A stretch of DNA of 64,000 bases from Chrysomallon squamiferum (GCA_012295275.1 CM022672.1:23932001-23996000), one strand, 5' to 3'. Numbered from the stretch's first letter, positions 12,401 to 26,752 are shown. The notes: generated from the letters alone by a model not told the origin. Made by a program: numbers and translations.

Positions 12401-15400
12401 GAACTGTGGCTGCTTTCAGCACACAATTAATGTCAATGTGATGTTTCTTGATTTTTTCCTTTCAAACTTGACAAGTGTAAAGGACAGGTTTGTACATGCG
12501 CATTTCAATAGAGTGTACATAATAGGGATAGAACAGTATAGAACGCTTTGAAAAGAATGATGTTAACTTGTCAATTCAAAGTAATCAAATAAGAAACTGA
12601 CTCACTTTTAAAAGACATTTACCAATAGAATCTGTATAACTAAGGAATATACATGAATTTATAACATATTTACATGTTTATTTAAAAATCTTTGATTGAT
12701 TGTGTGTGTGTGTGTGGATAGATTTATACATACAAAAATAAACAGAATGTGTGTTTTATATATATATATATATATAATGTATGTACATTTTATTTTAATG
12801 TTTATATGCCAATGTTAAAATTTAAATAAAAAAAAAAAAAAAAAAATAGTAAATAAAAGATAAATCATTCTGAAATAAGGAAAAACATTAACAAATTTAA
12901 ATTAATATTCTTTAATGTTACCTTTTCTGGTACTTTAAAACAATTTTTTGTAATAACTATATGTTACTGATACAGTGAATTAATTAATTATATTACACAA
13001 AGGGTATTACCAGTTCAAATTATTTATTGCATTGGTTTCATGCTGACTAACATCTCAGATCCAAATAGACCTTTGTCTTCATGCTGCTCTGGCTATTCAT
13101 GGCAAAATGAAAATCTGATTAAGTGTTTTTTATGCTATCCTTTGTGATGTTCGTAAATACATTGACTGGGATATTTTCTTTTCATATTAGGCAAGTTTAT
13201 AATATATGAACAAAAAATTTAATAAACTTATTTAGTTTGTTTGGTAGTGTTCTCTCAAAAATTGTTTTAATGTACACACATACTCACACACACACATACA
13301 CATACACACTCTCTCTCTCAAACAGATAAATATGACAATAATTTATGTTCCCAATCCAACCAGCGATCTCCACATCCAGCATATCCAAGACTGTTATATA
13401 AAACCAATTTCTCTGTCTGCATTTGTGTGTGTCTTTATGTATGTTTGTATGTGTGTGTGTGTTTTTATGTATGTTCGTATGTGTGTGTGTGTGCTTATAT
13501 ATGTTTATATGTGGATGTGTGTTTATGTACAGTACATGTGAATGTGTGTGTTGTGTCTATTTGAGAAAGAAAAAAAATGAGAATGATAGATTTAGAGACA
13601 CAGAAAAACATAGGAAGAGAAAGGCAGAGATAAAGAAAGATAATATCTTTTATTAAAAGTAATTTAAGACAGTGTGTATTTTTCCCAGTCACACAGCTAG
13701 AAAACCACACATGTATAAAATCAGAGTGGGTAATTGTTAATGACCAATAATATTAATTTATTACTCACTGTGCAACGTGCAAAGACTGCAGAATTAATTA
13801 TCAGAGGGCCATTTAGAAATGATTTACAGTGAATGATGGGCTTATTTATTCACCCACTGATGGTGAGTTTATGTGAAATGAATAAAACAGACTAAATTAA
13901 CTGGAATTTTGATGTATCTATAGAATTCTGCAAGCTTAAGAACTCTTATTTCAGTCATGAACCAAATAAAATTAATTAATTTTGTGACTAGGTATTATTA
14001 GATGATACATTAATTACTTTCAACAAATTAATTAGTGTTTGGTCACACATGAAACAATGTGACAATTTTTAATTGTATTAAGGTTAACTGTAAATTTTTA
14101 AAGCTATTTTGTCATTTGTTTTTAATCTTTACTGTTGATATTTTTGTTGTTTATCAAACATCATACTCTTTGTTTTCTTGTCTTTGAAAGGATGTATATA
14201 AAAGATTGCTGCTGCTAAAAAAAAAAAAAGCCAATTTAAAATAGCTTTGGTGGCATAATCTATTTTTATTAATTATTAATGTATTTTATATATATATATA
14301 CTTAATCTCCATGAGACAAACAGAGTTAATGAAAACACTTAATCCAGTGAAATATTATTCCACTATTACAAACTTGGGGATAAACTTGTATGTAACATGC
14401 AGAAGACATCAGAAAGGCTTAATTTAAGACATACTAAACTGCTAGAAGCAAATACAATTTATAAAATTAATTCTTCTATATTTTATTTCCAACAAATGCA
14501 TCTAAGAAATCATTAAAAATTAAAAAATAAAAAATTAAATATAAAATTATCTGCATATATATATTGAAGAAGATCAGTCAGTTGAAAGAGGTAACAAAAT
14601 ATTGATTTTTCTAATTTGTGCAGACAAATGAGGTTACACGATAGTGAGCACATGACAAAAATACTTTAACTATCTGTAGATGTATGGACGTTTCCAAAAG
14701 GTTTACTGACATGAAACATTTGAGGTCTGTCAAAGACTAAGATAATATTCTTTCATGGATGACTGTCAATATCTTGTCTATTGATAAGAGCAGGCCATGG
14801 AGCTGCCTGTGAGGATTTTTTTTTTTTTTTAGTAGTTGGGGAACATGCATGTAAAGATCTCATCTGATAAAATCAGGATATGGCTTGACATCTGCAGGTT
14901 TCCTCTTTCTGATCATCATTACACAGAGTATATTAAAGTGAATTAAAAGGTATTCAGGTCCTGTTAAATTATCATTCAACTGATTTTTTTTTTACAATTC
15001 CCACATGAATCTTTGTAAGACCTTACTATGTACAGATCAATGGATCAGTGTTATAAACATCAGGCACTAACTAATCAGGGAACTAGCCCAGGAAATATTG
15101 AACAGTTTTTCAAAAAAATTGTTAACACAGATTGCTAACAGTGTCTTCAGCAAACATAAGAAGACCCTTTTGTGTCCAAATTCAAGAAGACTGTTAATCA
15201 ACTATTTTTTGTTGAAGACTGTTAATCAACTAACCCTAACAATAGATTAGAAATAAGTGAAGTTCTTACACTTTACACTATGGCTCAACTTTCTACCAAA
15301 GTATCTGGAATTTTCCAGCTTATAGTGGCCAAACAAAACATTGTGTCATATCTATCTGGTATTTATTCATTCTACTCAGATATGTAGATCACTGCAACTC

Positions 15401-15554
15401 ATCATTTCCTGAAATAAATGGTTTCTTGGAAGATAAATGCTGACCCACTTTTACCTTTGCAGCATCACAGTCTGAGATAACATTTACATACTGATGTTAA
15501 ACAGACAGTTTTAGTATTTTGTGTCACTTACAGTGGTTAAAATGTTTACTTTTA

Positions 15555-15745
15555 CAGTGAAATTTCTCAAACCTGACAATCACTAAACCAGAATTTTCTA
15601 ACAACTGAAAATGCACACAACTTGCTTTCCAGTTATTTTTTTTTTCTAGTACCTAAATGTGAAACATCAGCAAACCAAACACCATTCCAATGTAACCACC
15701 TTTCACTTGGTTAGTAACACTGTTCAGATTTGAGAAGTTTCACTG
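15555..15745. mobile_element. MITE (non-autonomous Tc1/mariner-pogo/Tigger-like), 191 bp
   Basis: Left end CAGTGAAATTTCTCAAACCTGA and reverse complement of right end CAGTGAAACTTCTCAAATCTGA match at 20/22. TA flanks both sides (15553-15554, 15746-15747). No coding capacity. Confidence 0.75.
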
Positions 15746-17185
15746 TACTACAGGCTGAGTAAACCATTGTCAATATCCTTGTTTCCTGAAACAGGAAATT
15801 AAGTTTCTAGGATTAATCATTTGCTTAGAATTAAACATTTTCAGTAATATTTGAAGTAGAAATTAGTGAAAAATTATACATGGCAAGAGAGTTTCTAGAA
15901 GATGTGGAATATAAACATTTAAAGATTTAATTTTTCTCTGTGTCTATGCATTACTAAACTCTCTACCATACCAAGAGATGGAGAGTTTAGTAGTTTGAAG
16001 GATCAGTTAGTTTTAGAATATCCACTTCCCTTGCCAGCCAGTGGGTGACTGGCATTTTGAAAATAACAGTTTTTGCTTTCCTCATTATGATCCATTGTCA
16101 CTATTAAATAACACCATCTACTCCAAACTGATATCTACAAATCATATAATAATACCCATTATTTTTTTTTAAATTGTGTTTCAGTGCTGTTAAATAATAT
16201 CCATTTCTTAGTAAAATCTAACTTTGTAATGATCTGGACATAAGTGATTTATGAAAATGTCAACAGTATTTTAGTTTCTAAATACAAGTGGATATTTACA
16301 TTTGCAGCTTTCAGAAAAGGGGTAAAGATGTCAAAAGCTGCATATGGTATTTTTCAATATGAAATTTTTTTATTATAAGAAAAAGAGTGATTAAAAAAAA
16401 AAAGAAAGAAGAAGAAAAAAAAGGAGAAAAGAAGGAGAATCTTTGGTGCAGATTACAATGATATCAACCTATTAGACTTTGTTTTCAGTTTCTATTTATA
16501 ATATATATTTGTATATGCACACACACACACAAATATATAAACATTTAATTAGTTATTACTTTGTTGTTGTTGTTGTTTATAACTATTTATTATATTTTAA
16601 TTCTGGAACTGCTTTTTAAAACTTTTAATCTCTAACACATTCTTATAAATGTTATAGCAATAAGCAGCCTACATGTAGCAGGAGTGAATTTCTGCTTTAT
16701 TCTACTTAACTATATTGACACATAATAACTGATAATAAAAATAATAATAAAAAACATGCTGAAGGATATTAAAAACTAATATTTATTCATCTCTGAAAGC
16801 TGATATGAACTAAAATTAAAAGTAAACTATTTGAAGCATACAGACAGAGATGCATGTGTCTCCATCAGCATTTTAGTAGTTGAGTAAATGTTAACTATAT
16901 TCACTGCTGACTCACCAGGGTCTGGAAACTGGAATCAGCTTTGAAAATAACCTGTGTATAATGTACCACAACTAAAATTTGACATGACTCTGACATTTTA
17001 GTGAACTTGGTTTAAGTGATGTAGTTATTTCAGAAATGTCAGCACCATTACAAACCCACACATAGTTAAAATAAAAATGGTTAAATGACAAGTAAATAAA
17101 TGAAAGACACCTCCACACTTTCAAAAAAAAAAAAAAAAATGTTAATGGTTATTTAGTTTACATTGTTTATTTTGTTATGTAATAA

Positions 17186-17350
17186 CAATAAGAGAAAGGA
17201 AACCCTTTGCCATGATTCCATGGGCTATTACTATTAAGGGATCTTGTTTATCAACCTTCCCATACACAGAAAAATAGCAACAAATCTTTTACTACCACTT
17301 AGGAAGCACTGGCTGAGATTGGAAATATCCAAAATGAGGACTGAACCTGA
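17186..17350 (-). mobile_element. Degenerate SINE-like fragment, same family
   Basis: AAGGGATCTTGTTTATCAACCTTCCCATACACAG...GAAGCACTGGCTGAGATTGGAAATA aligns by eye with the 31670 copy. Confidence 0.45.
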
Positions 17351-17836
17351 AATGTGTCATGTAAAGTGTGTTGTGATGTAATAAATGACAAGATAGTGGT
17401 CAAAGTGGTTTGTAGTTAGTTATGCCACTGCATAATCATGGAATTTTAACTCGGGATAATTTCAATCAGAAATCATTTTTATCTGCATTTTATGTAATAC
17501 ATCCTGAGTCATAATGTAAATAAAATAATTAAAGACAAAAATATAAATCAATATATTAACGGATATTAATAGACTTGCTCTTTCCAAAAAGAATAAAACA
17601 TTGGAATTAAATGAAATTATCACGTTTATCATAACCATAATCTCCTTATCTACTTGACAGTTTTTGAATATTATTTGTAAGTTCTGACAGGATGAATCAG
17701 GATTTTTTTAAAATGACTTTCAGTGAGATTTATTTCTGGCTTGGGAATACACATGGATTTTCCAGATGCCATTGTCTGTTTAATGAAGGTACATTGCTGG
17801 GAATACATCTTATATTGTAATTCACTGGGTGATTCT

Positions 17837-18321
17837 GCACATTTATCTTAGCTGTCTTTACATCTACTTGATCATGTTACATCTACAGAAGGTTCAAGCA
17901 CATTTATCTTGGACATGTTTACATTTGCTAAAAGTTCAGTCACATTTAGCTTGGACATGTTTACCTTTAGTAAAAGTTCAATAACATTTATCTTGGTTGT
18001 GTTTACATTTACTAAAAGTTCAAGCACATTTGTCTTGGTTGGTGTTTAACATTTACTAAAAGTTCAAGCACATTTGTCTTGGTTGTGTTTATTTTTACTA
18101 AAAGTTCAAGCACATTTTTCTTGGTTGTGTTTAACATTTACTAAAAGTTCTACGCACATTTTTCTTGGTTCTGTTTGTAGCTTCTGAATGTTCAGGCATT
18201 TCTGCCTTGGACAAGCTTGCACCTACTGAACATTCAAGCAGATTTGTCTTAGGCATGTTTACATCTACAAAAGGTTAGAGCATATTTTTCTTGGGCATAT
18301 TTATGTCTACTAATTCAGGCA
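17837..18321. repeat. 42-bp minisatellite, about 11 copies
   Basis: Consensus GCACATTTGTCTTGGTTGTGTTTACATTTACTAAAAGTTCAA. Central copies are near-identical and edge copies are diverged. Confidence 0.9.
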
Positions 18322-19150
18322 TAGACTGATAGAGATGCAGTTAATAATAAGAGAAAGTATATTGTTCCTGATACTTGTCTTTGATCAATGTTTTATGGTT
18401 GGAGGGTTTAAACATAATATTGACTGCTTCACCAAAATTAGAGATTATGTTGAAAAATTCATGCCTAAATGTAGAAAATGTTAACATGCCTTTATCTGTT
18501 AACTTTCAAGTATTTATTTTATTTCTGAAGGTTTTTAAAAAAAAAAAAAAAAAAATCTATATATATTTATATATAGATATATATATTTTTTTAACTTCTT
18601 CAACTTCTTCTTTGATGGTAAAACTAATTAGTCTGGCTCATTGTAATTCACCTGGGAATATAATCCTCTCATGTCACTGTGCTGACAAGCTGAGTGTATT
18701 CATGAAGCGTTGCGAACAAAAAAGAAAAAACAGACATGGAATGATAGAACGTAACATTCGTGCAGGTAAATGAAATGAATATGTATTGTGTGCAGGTGAA
18801 CAATATAGAATTTCAATTAATTTAATTAGAAAATGCTAATTTAATGACAACTGAGGGTTGATTTAACAAGTGTCAGTCTATGTATGTAACAATAACAAAA
18901 CAGAGAATGTGCATTTGTCTACAGATTAACCATACTGTTAGGTTGTTGTTGGTTCTTTGTGTATTGATTTGTGTACTCAAAATGGTTTTAAGATACCCAC
19001 TCATTCCACAAACACATATACCCACTCAGATATAAACTACACAAATATGAAATAAACACACACATGGATGCACTTATTTATTCAAACATTACACTACACA
19101 CAAAGGTATTCATGTAACTAGACACACTCATAAGAACTCACACACACACA

Positions 19151-19239
19151 CACTAAGATGCATGTTCACACATTCACATACTAAAATTTAACATAAACAT
19201 ACATTTTAGTATGTGAATGTCTGGGCATGCATCTTAGTG
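19151..19239. repeat. Inverted repeat / hairpin with 37-bp arms and a 15-nt loop
   Basis: Arm 19151-19187 and arm 19203-19239 are complementary at 34/37 positions. Confidence 0.9.
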
Positions 19240-21598
19240 CATTTGTATGTATATTTATTCACACGCACATATGCACACACACATGGACACTTTTCTCTTA
19301 CACACACCACCTCACTACCATAAACATTCAAATAAAATTAGAAATATCTCAATGCTAAACCAATGAATCTGCACCCATGAGAATACTTCTTTTCGTTTGA
19401 AGACATAAGTCAACAACAGTGGTTTTTGGAATTTCCGCTATTCTCTTCCATTCAGCATCAAATCAGTAGATTTGCTATAAAATCAGTTATTTTCTCTTCT
19501 CTATTTCCAACTACTGTCTGGTAATTTGCCATCATATGACTGTGTGAACTCTCCAGAGTAATGTGAGAATTTGATTCAATATTCAATTTACTGAACCCAG
19601 GAGACACATTCTAAGCCTCCAATAGTAATTGAGTTTTGGCTTTAAAAACACACATCCCCCTGTATAATACATACATGGCCCAAATTCAAATTTCATTATT
19701 ATTTAATATTATGTAACATCCACACTTTGAATTGCATTGTAGTTTCTGTAATCATATAAATAGCATTGGCTTGTGAACGATAGCATAGTTACTTGTATTC
19801 ATGTTTTTAGTCTTCTGGGAATAACTGATTAATATAAAATGTAATAAATATTTGTTAAAAATTTTTGTTATTAAACGCTGTGGAATGCTTATAGATAACA
19901 CAACTAAAAGGTATCGGTTACTGATTTTTAATTATTATCATGTAAAATAATAATTAAGACTGTTTTAAAATTTAGAAGACTATTTCTGGGTAATGCTAAA
20001 GTGTATTTGTATATTTTCATTAGATTTGATTGTAAATAACAGTTGATTTGTTTATGTTAAACGATAGATAAAAGTGTCACTGCACTGGAAATTATTTCTG
20101 CTAAGTTTAGACAATATATTGTCAGTTATTTGTTAGACATGCAGAATTATGTGTCAGAACAGCTTTGTTAAACTGTTTAGATATCTGGATTGCAGACTGT
20201 TTCTTACACATTGCAAATTCTTTACATTAAACAAATTTTCAATATGTTGGAAATCTTTATGTTAAACCATGTACTGAACTTAATGTACTGAACATTTTTA
20301 TGTCATGTCATAGATTTTAATATATTGAAAAATCTTTCTTAAACCACTGATCACATTGTTTTGGAATTAGTTTTTAAACCAGAGATCTTAATGTGTTGGA
20401 CATTCTGTAGGTTAGAATATCATATTAACATTTTGAAATATCCTTTTATGTTAAACTGGAGATGTTAACGAGTTCTGTTAATGTGTTAAGATCATAATAT
20501 TACAGTTTCAAAGGTTACTGTCTCTAGTGAGCCATTTAGTGTGATTTGTCTGTGTAATTAGATTGGCAGCTCCACACAAGCTAAAGATGATAATGATATA
20601 CTGTTAGTGATAAATGAAGATTTATAATCTGATATATGACCTTAGAATCAAGTGTGTCAGATCAGTGCATCAGTGACTTGGTCAGAGTTAGTTCCAAGAG
20701 AAGAAGAAGTTTTTATTTGCCTTCACTGAGAAGTGTGTAGTTTATAATGAAACAGACATGAATGGATGGATATGTGGGTATATTGTGGGTATGTGGATGG
20801 ACTGGTAGGAGGTCTGCATCGGTGGTTGGAGGTTTGGATCAGAGGATGGAGGGATGGATGGATGGTTAGATGGGATTGTAAGTAAAGATGGATGGATGGA
20901 TACTGAATTAACGAAATTTGCAAACAAAATTTTACAAATTTATGTAACAAAAAAAAATCAATTAATGTTTTGGAGAATACATGAATTATTTTTAAAAACT
21001 AGAAAAAACAAAGAAAGGATACAACCAATGCCCAAGTTCAAAGAGAATAAACAAAAAAATAAAAAATAAATGTTATTTGACTGGAAAGTGCAAACAGAAT
21101 TTAGCTCTATATGTTACCATAGGAGGATTTCTCTGTGACAAAAATCTGCAAACATTCTGACATAATTACATTTCTGAGTTGTCACAAACATTGCTCTGGT
21201 AGTATGATTCCCTGCATTCCAGTTTATTTGGCTGGAGTATAATCCAGAATTTATTTCAAACCCAGTAATCAAGTGAGACAAACATTTACCAAGCTACTTT
21301 GTTTTAGCAGTATATCATTACTCATCTGTCATTTAAACACTAATTGAAAAGAGAAGCTGATGGAATACTGATAGCAAATTTGTATCATTATTACATAAAA
21401 ATTGTAATTATTATTAATACTAAAATCATTAAACACATACTCACTGATTATGCTATTGCATAGCTGTATTTTTTTTTCAAATTTTATTAAATGTATTTTT
21501 AGTTTCTTTTTTTCTTAAGCTTATCAAATGTTCATCCTTCAGAGCTAAATAATTCAATTAATAGTGTTATAATGTGTTCATTGTTGTTATTGTTATTA

Positions 21599-21644
<46 letters not shown>

Positions 21645-21765
21645 AGGGTGTCTAAATCATTATTTTTATTGTGTCTAATGTTACATGTCTAAGTATTATT
21701 AAGCAGTAGATATAAATGATTCAGTTACAAACAGTTTTCTGATTCCTAACTGTTGTTTGTTGCAG

Positions 21766-21977
21766 ATATCAGCCCATGTTCAAATGCACCCAGTAATATT
21801 CCATCTCTTCGAGATCTCCCATTTACTTTTCCCACAGAAAAGATAACTGGAACCGTGATGGCATCAGACCCACTCCCATCTACCCCCCCACCTGGATACA
21901 ACCCACAGAGGCGGAGGGCATCCATGCATGACGCAATAGACTTTACAAAGATCGACACGAAGCTGTACGAGAAAAAG
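21766..21977 (+). CDS. Sytalpha: Synaptotagmin coding exon 2 (linker: DISPCSNAP...RRRASMHDAIDFTKIDTKLYEKK)
   Basis: Branch-like CTAAC at 21746-21750 and acceptor TTGTTGCAG|AT, which completes the G|AT (Asp) codon from exon 1. Donor AAG|GTAACA at 21977/21978, phase 0. Frame is open throughout. Confidence 0.88.
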
Positions 21978-22400
21978 GTAACACTGTTTGATTTGTTTTT
22001 GGTCAAATAATTCAGTCCCTGGTCCTGTTTTAAATGTTGAAAACTTGAAGCAAAAACTGTCTGGGAATTACATTTATGTATTTATCACGTGTGTGGTCAG
22101 GTAAAACTCTTTGTATCTTGTTCTTCTCAGTTTTTTATATTGTTTTTAATTTATTTTTATTTTCTTCCTGGATTTAAACAAAAATATATATATATTTTTA
22201 ATTTTTTTCTTCTCTTTCAGTTAACCTTCTTTCCATTCCTAATTGTTGTTTTTTTTGTTTGTTTGTACATTTTAATTATTATTATTTTTTTTTTGTGATA
22301 TATTTATAAAACTCATGATTTTTATAAGGGTATTTCATTTTTTGTATGTCACCATCATTTTTTAGTAGTATCATACTAGTAGTAGCAGAAGTATTGGAAT

Positions 22401-22456
<56 letters not shown>

Positions 22457-23106
22457 ATAATAATAGCATCAGTAGCAGAAATATTTTTTTTGAAGTGTTT
22501 TGCATCAGAAATGTCTAGTTATTCTAGGCTTTAAGAAAAAAATATATATGTAGTTAAAAGATATATGTTAGAGAATAATTAATGAACTGTGATCAGTTAC
22601 TAATGGAATTTTCTCAGATCAAACTTAATTTTGTGTGTGTAACTGTGGAAAGACCTGACAGTGAGACATGCAGCTCTACAGTGTAATTACTATCTTCAAA
22701 GAGACAGTATTGATCAATCAGCTGTTTAAAATGCTTTTTCATCTACCACAGTTTAAAAAAATAAGTCAATTGTTGCAGTAAATACTGTGTATATTAGACA
22801 TCACAATTTATACATATTGCTTAAATTAATCACGAAGACCTGTAATTATGATTTCGTGTTAAAGCGATCATGTTAATAATTGATGACAAGTATTTTGTGT
22901 GTAACTGTACTGGAACATCATCAGCGTAATGATCATCATAATGGTAATGTAATCACTTCATCCCTGCTGTGTAATATTCAGTAAATAAATCTATTACAGA
23001 TACTGTTCTTAAAACTTAGTAAAACCACCCTAACAAAATGAGAGTTGTACCAAAATGGTTCTGAAACATTAAAGTTAATAATTCTAAATCATTTTTAAAA
23101 ATGAAA

Positions 23107-23238
23107 CACACACACTGCACACACACACACACACACACACACAGAGAACACACTGCACACACAGAGACACACACTGCACACACACAGACACACACTGCAC
23201 ACACACAGACACACACTGCACACACACACACAGACATA
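23107..23238. repeat. 21-bp minisatellite derived from a CA microsatellite
   Basis: Repeats of CACACACAGACACACACTGCA. Confidence 0.8.
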
Positions 23239-25685
23239 TGCATTTTCTGTCTCTTTCTTTCTTTTTTCTCTCTATGAACGTTGTTTCACAGAAATGCAAG
23301 TTAAAGTCTGTATAAGGTTACTCACTGTGAATTGCTTATTAAATGACCTTGTTACAGTTTGACCTTGTCTATCAGATGTTCAGTGATTGTGCAAAACCAA
23401 TTATTGAAAAAATATTAGCCCAGTCTATCTCCCCGTAGCAACATAATGCAGACAGGTAATCAAAGTATATGAGGTGTACAGAAATTCTAATTGCAGTAAT
23501 TAATTGTAACCTAGACAGATTACAAGTGGTTATACAAGGCTATATATAACTATAATCAATTATATAGTAACTTATCACACTTTCTCATGCATATATAGCT
23601 TAGTTTTATTAAACAGAATTTTTGTCACAATGATCTCTTTAATTTGTTATCTGTAGAAATAAGGTGCAAACATTAATGCATTACTTAAAAGAATATTAAT
23701 AAAGGTGAATATATACGTATTCAAAATTTAATTAATTATATGGAAGAAATAAGAAAAAAAAAATTATTGTTAAGGTAAGGAAAAGAAAATATGAAAATTT
23801 CCCCGTATAAGAATAAATTGCATACTTAAGTCTGGTAAATATGTGTGCTAGTTACATTTTATTGTGTACTTACCAACACTGTTTGTGTTATAAATAACAA
23901 ATTTATTCTAAGTATCACAGAGGATAGAAGAGGTATTAATAATTAATCCATATTCCCAAAGCATTACAACAATTTTAGACATCTAACCAGAATGAAAACA
24001 GAATTAAGCTATGATCAAATGCATAGAGCACAACACCATGTACATTTCTTAAGTTAAATGTTTTCATGTGCTGTATAAAATCAGATTCCTTAGCATCTAT
24101 GGTTTTGTGGATGTCTGTATCATTTTCAGTCACTTGCTTTATAAGTTATTGCAGCCTTTACACAACAATACACATATCAGTTTCAGTTTTGTGACATGCT
24201 GTATAAAGTTGAGTTTTCTAAGCACCTGAAATAACTTAGATTAATTGTGTTAATGACAGTCAGTTAATGTTCTGAAGTGTATTAAATTGGGATATGTTAT
24301 GTAGAAGAATTTAAACAAAATAGCAAAAAAGAAAAAAAAAAGGGAAAAAGAATGCACATGAAAAAGGAAATGAATATGTCAAATGACTTGCAACAGTGTT
24401 ACATAAGGATTACAACACTCAACACTTTTTACAGTGACAATATATCCAGTGTTTACTGGTGACAAATTAAAACCTCCCTGGATCATTTTGTCAAGAACAA
24501 AACCAGGTCTTAGTGACAACATCACAGCTTGTAATTAAACATCCTCCAGTTAACACAGTTAAATATTAAAATACAGAACAAGTCTTAAATATTTATTTAT
24601 TTATTTATTTTGTTAATATTATGCAGTAAGAAGTAGGGTTATATTTGTCTTTATTTATTTATTTATTTATGTATCTATTTACTTATTTATTTTTATAACA
24701 TTTTGCTCAAACCATTCAGTAAAGTGTAGCCAATACCAACAAAAATATTTCCTTTTATGAAATAAAATATTTATAAAGAATTTAATATATATATTAATAC
24801 AATTTAAAATTTAATCACTTTATTTTAAACAAATGACTAGAAAGGTCACTTTGAGATGGTAGAGAAAAGTGACAAACCATTTTATTCTACATCATTCTCA
24901 TGATGCACGCTTTTGTAGCTCAGAACTCGATATGTTATTACAATACAGAGAAGACATCACTTGACACCAATTATGCACTAAAATTAGTTTAGTCTTCACA
25001 GAACGAATCACTTTCTGTCAGAGCCATTTTCACCCCCTGTTGAAACGAGTCTCAAATGGCTTCCTGCAATTAAACTCTCCCATATCTGTTTGGACCGAAG
25101 AATGTTTTTGGTGGATGAAGCCATTATAAAATAAGTGTTTTTATTCATGCTCTGTCAGCCAGGGTGTCAGTGACTTCAAGTAAATATGTTACTGTCTGAC
25201 ACTCGCCGGTTTCAGTTTGTCAATCTCATTAGAGGTTTTTCTCAAACATTGACATAAGAATTAGGCCAGCTTCTGTCAGTTTAGTTTCTCTGTAGCTCGG
25301 AACAATTGATAATGGTCTGTCTGGGCAGCTGTCAGATTTGGAGCCATTTTATTTCCTAATTTTTCTTTCCTCCTATCAGAATCAAATGACTGTTAATCAA
25401 ATATCAATACTGTCACCAATACTGTTATTTAATTTCCTTTCTTTATATTTTTGGATAAACAGTTTTGTTTGTTTGTTTTGGGTTGTTTATTTTTTATTTC
25501 TTTCTTCTTTTTTTTTTTTTTCATATATATATATATATATTATAAAAACATATTTTGGTCAGTCATCATTATTTGTTTTAATGTTTAATTTAAATGGTTT
25601 CTGTTTTATATTTCAAATACATACTACTGAATACAAATAATTATGATTTCACATTTAATCATGGACATGCTCAAATAAAAACACC

Positions 25686-25741
<56 letters not shown>

Positions 25742-25751
25742 GACAGACACA

Positions 25752-25804
<53 letters not shown>

Positions 25805-26581
25805 CACACAGCTAAACACACCCAGATAGACAGACAACCCCATTTATGAAGAAACAGGACTACCATCATCATTAAATATGCATCAGTTTCTTTTAATTTA
25901 TTTTCTTTGAAAACTTTATATAACTGTTAACTAGATGAAGCAGTAATTCAAATAAGTTTAACATTTACTTGACATACTGATTCACTCTTAATTATGTATG
26001 TGACATTTCGTAACAGGCTGTTTATGGATACAAAAATTTAAAAGGAAATACATTCTGTTGATTCAAGTTGACAATATAGCTTTCAATTAGCATTGAAAAT
26101 TATCATTTATTTTATTTTTTTTTTTTTTAAATAAATCTGATATAAACTAAGTCAAGTCTCAAAGATAACAACTCAAAGGGTTAAAACATTTGGTATCGCT
26201 ACCAAGTTTCTTCTTATTTACCATTTTAACTATCAGGTTTGTTTGTAGCTTAATTTCTAGATTGTACCATTTCAAAATACTTTATATTTTGTTAGATGTA
26301 AAATTTGTGTATATAATGGCCTAAAAAAATATGTGATAAAACACTGAAAAATATGACCTACAGAACCTTTTTTATCTGTTTAATTTTTAGCATGCAAAAC
26401 AGTAAGTCTAAATAAATATTATAAATAAAAAATGTTATAATTTATTTTTATAAATGTTTGTTATATCTGCACAAGGTGACATAAAGAATAAGAAGTAGAT
26501 GAAATTATGATGAGTGTGATACCATTTATATCTCATATCATTATTTACTTAATGTCTAAATGATAACTGAATGTGTATGTA

Positions 26582-26752
<171 letters not shown>

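Noticed and set aside
15186-15232. 19-bp direct repeat GAAGACTGTTAATCAACTA
   Set aside because: A local micro-duplication with a 9-nt spacer; nothing suggests function.
17837-18321. Repeat array as a possible CRISPR
   Set aside because: Units are contiguous with no unique spacers, there are no cas genes, and the context is a eukaryotic intron.
18375-18773. 132-aa ORF in the first coding intron ending near CAG|GTAAAT
   Set aside because: It runs through poly-A and (AT)n tracts, starts at TTG and has no recognisable homology.
21746-22006. 86-aa minus-strand ORF
   Set aside because: Antisense shadow of synaptotagmin exon 2.
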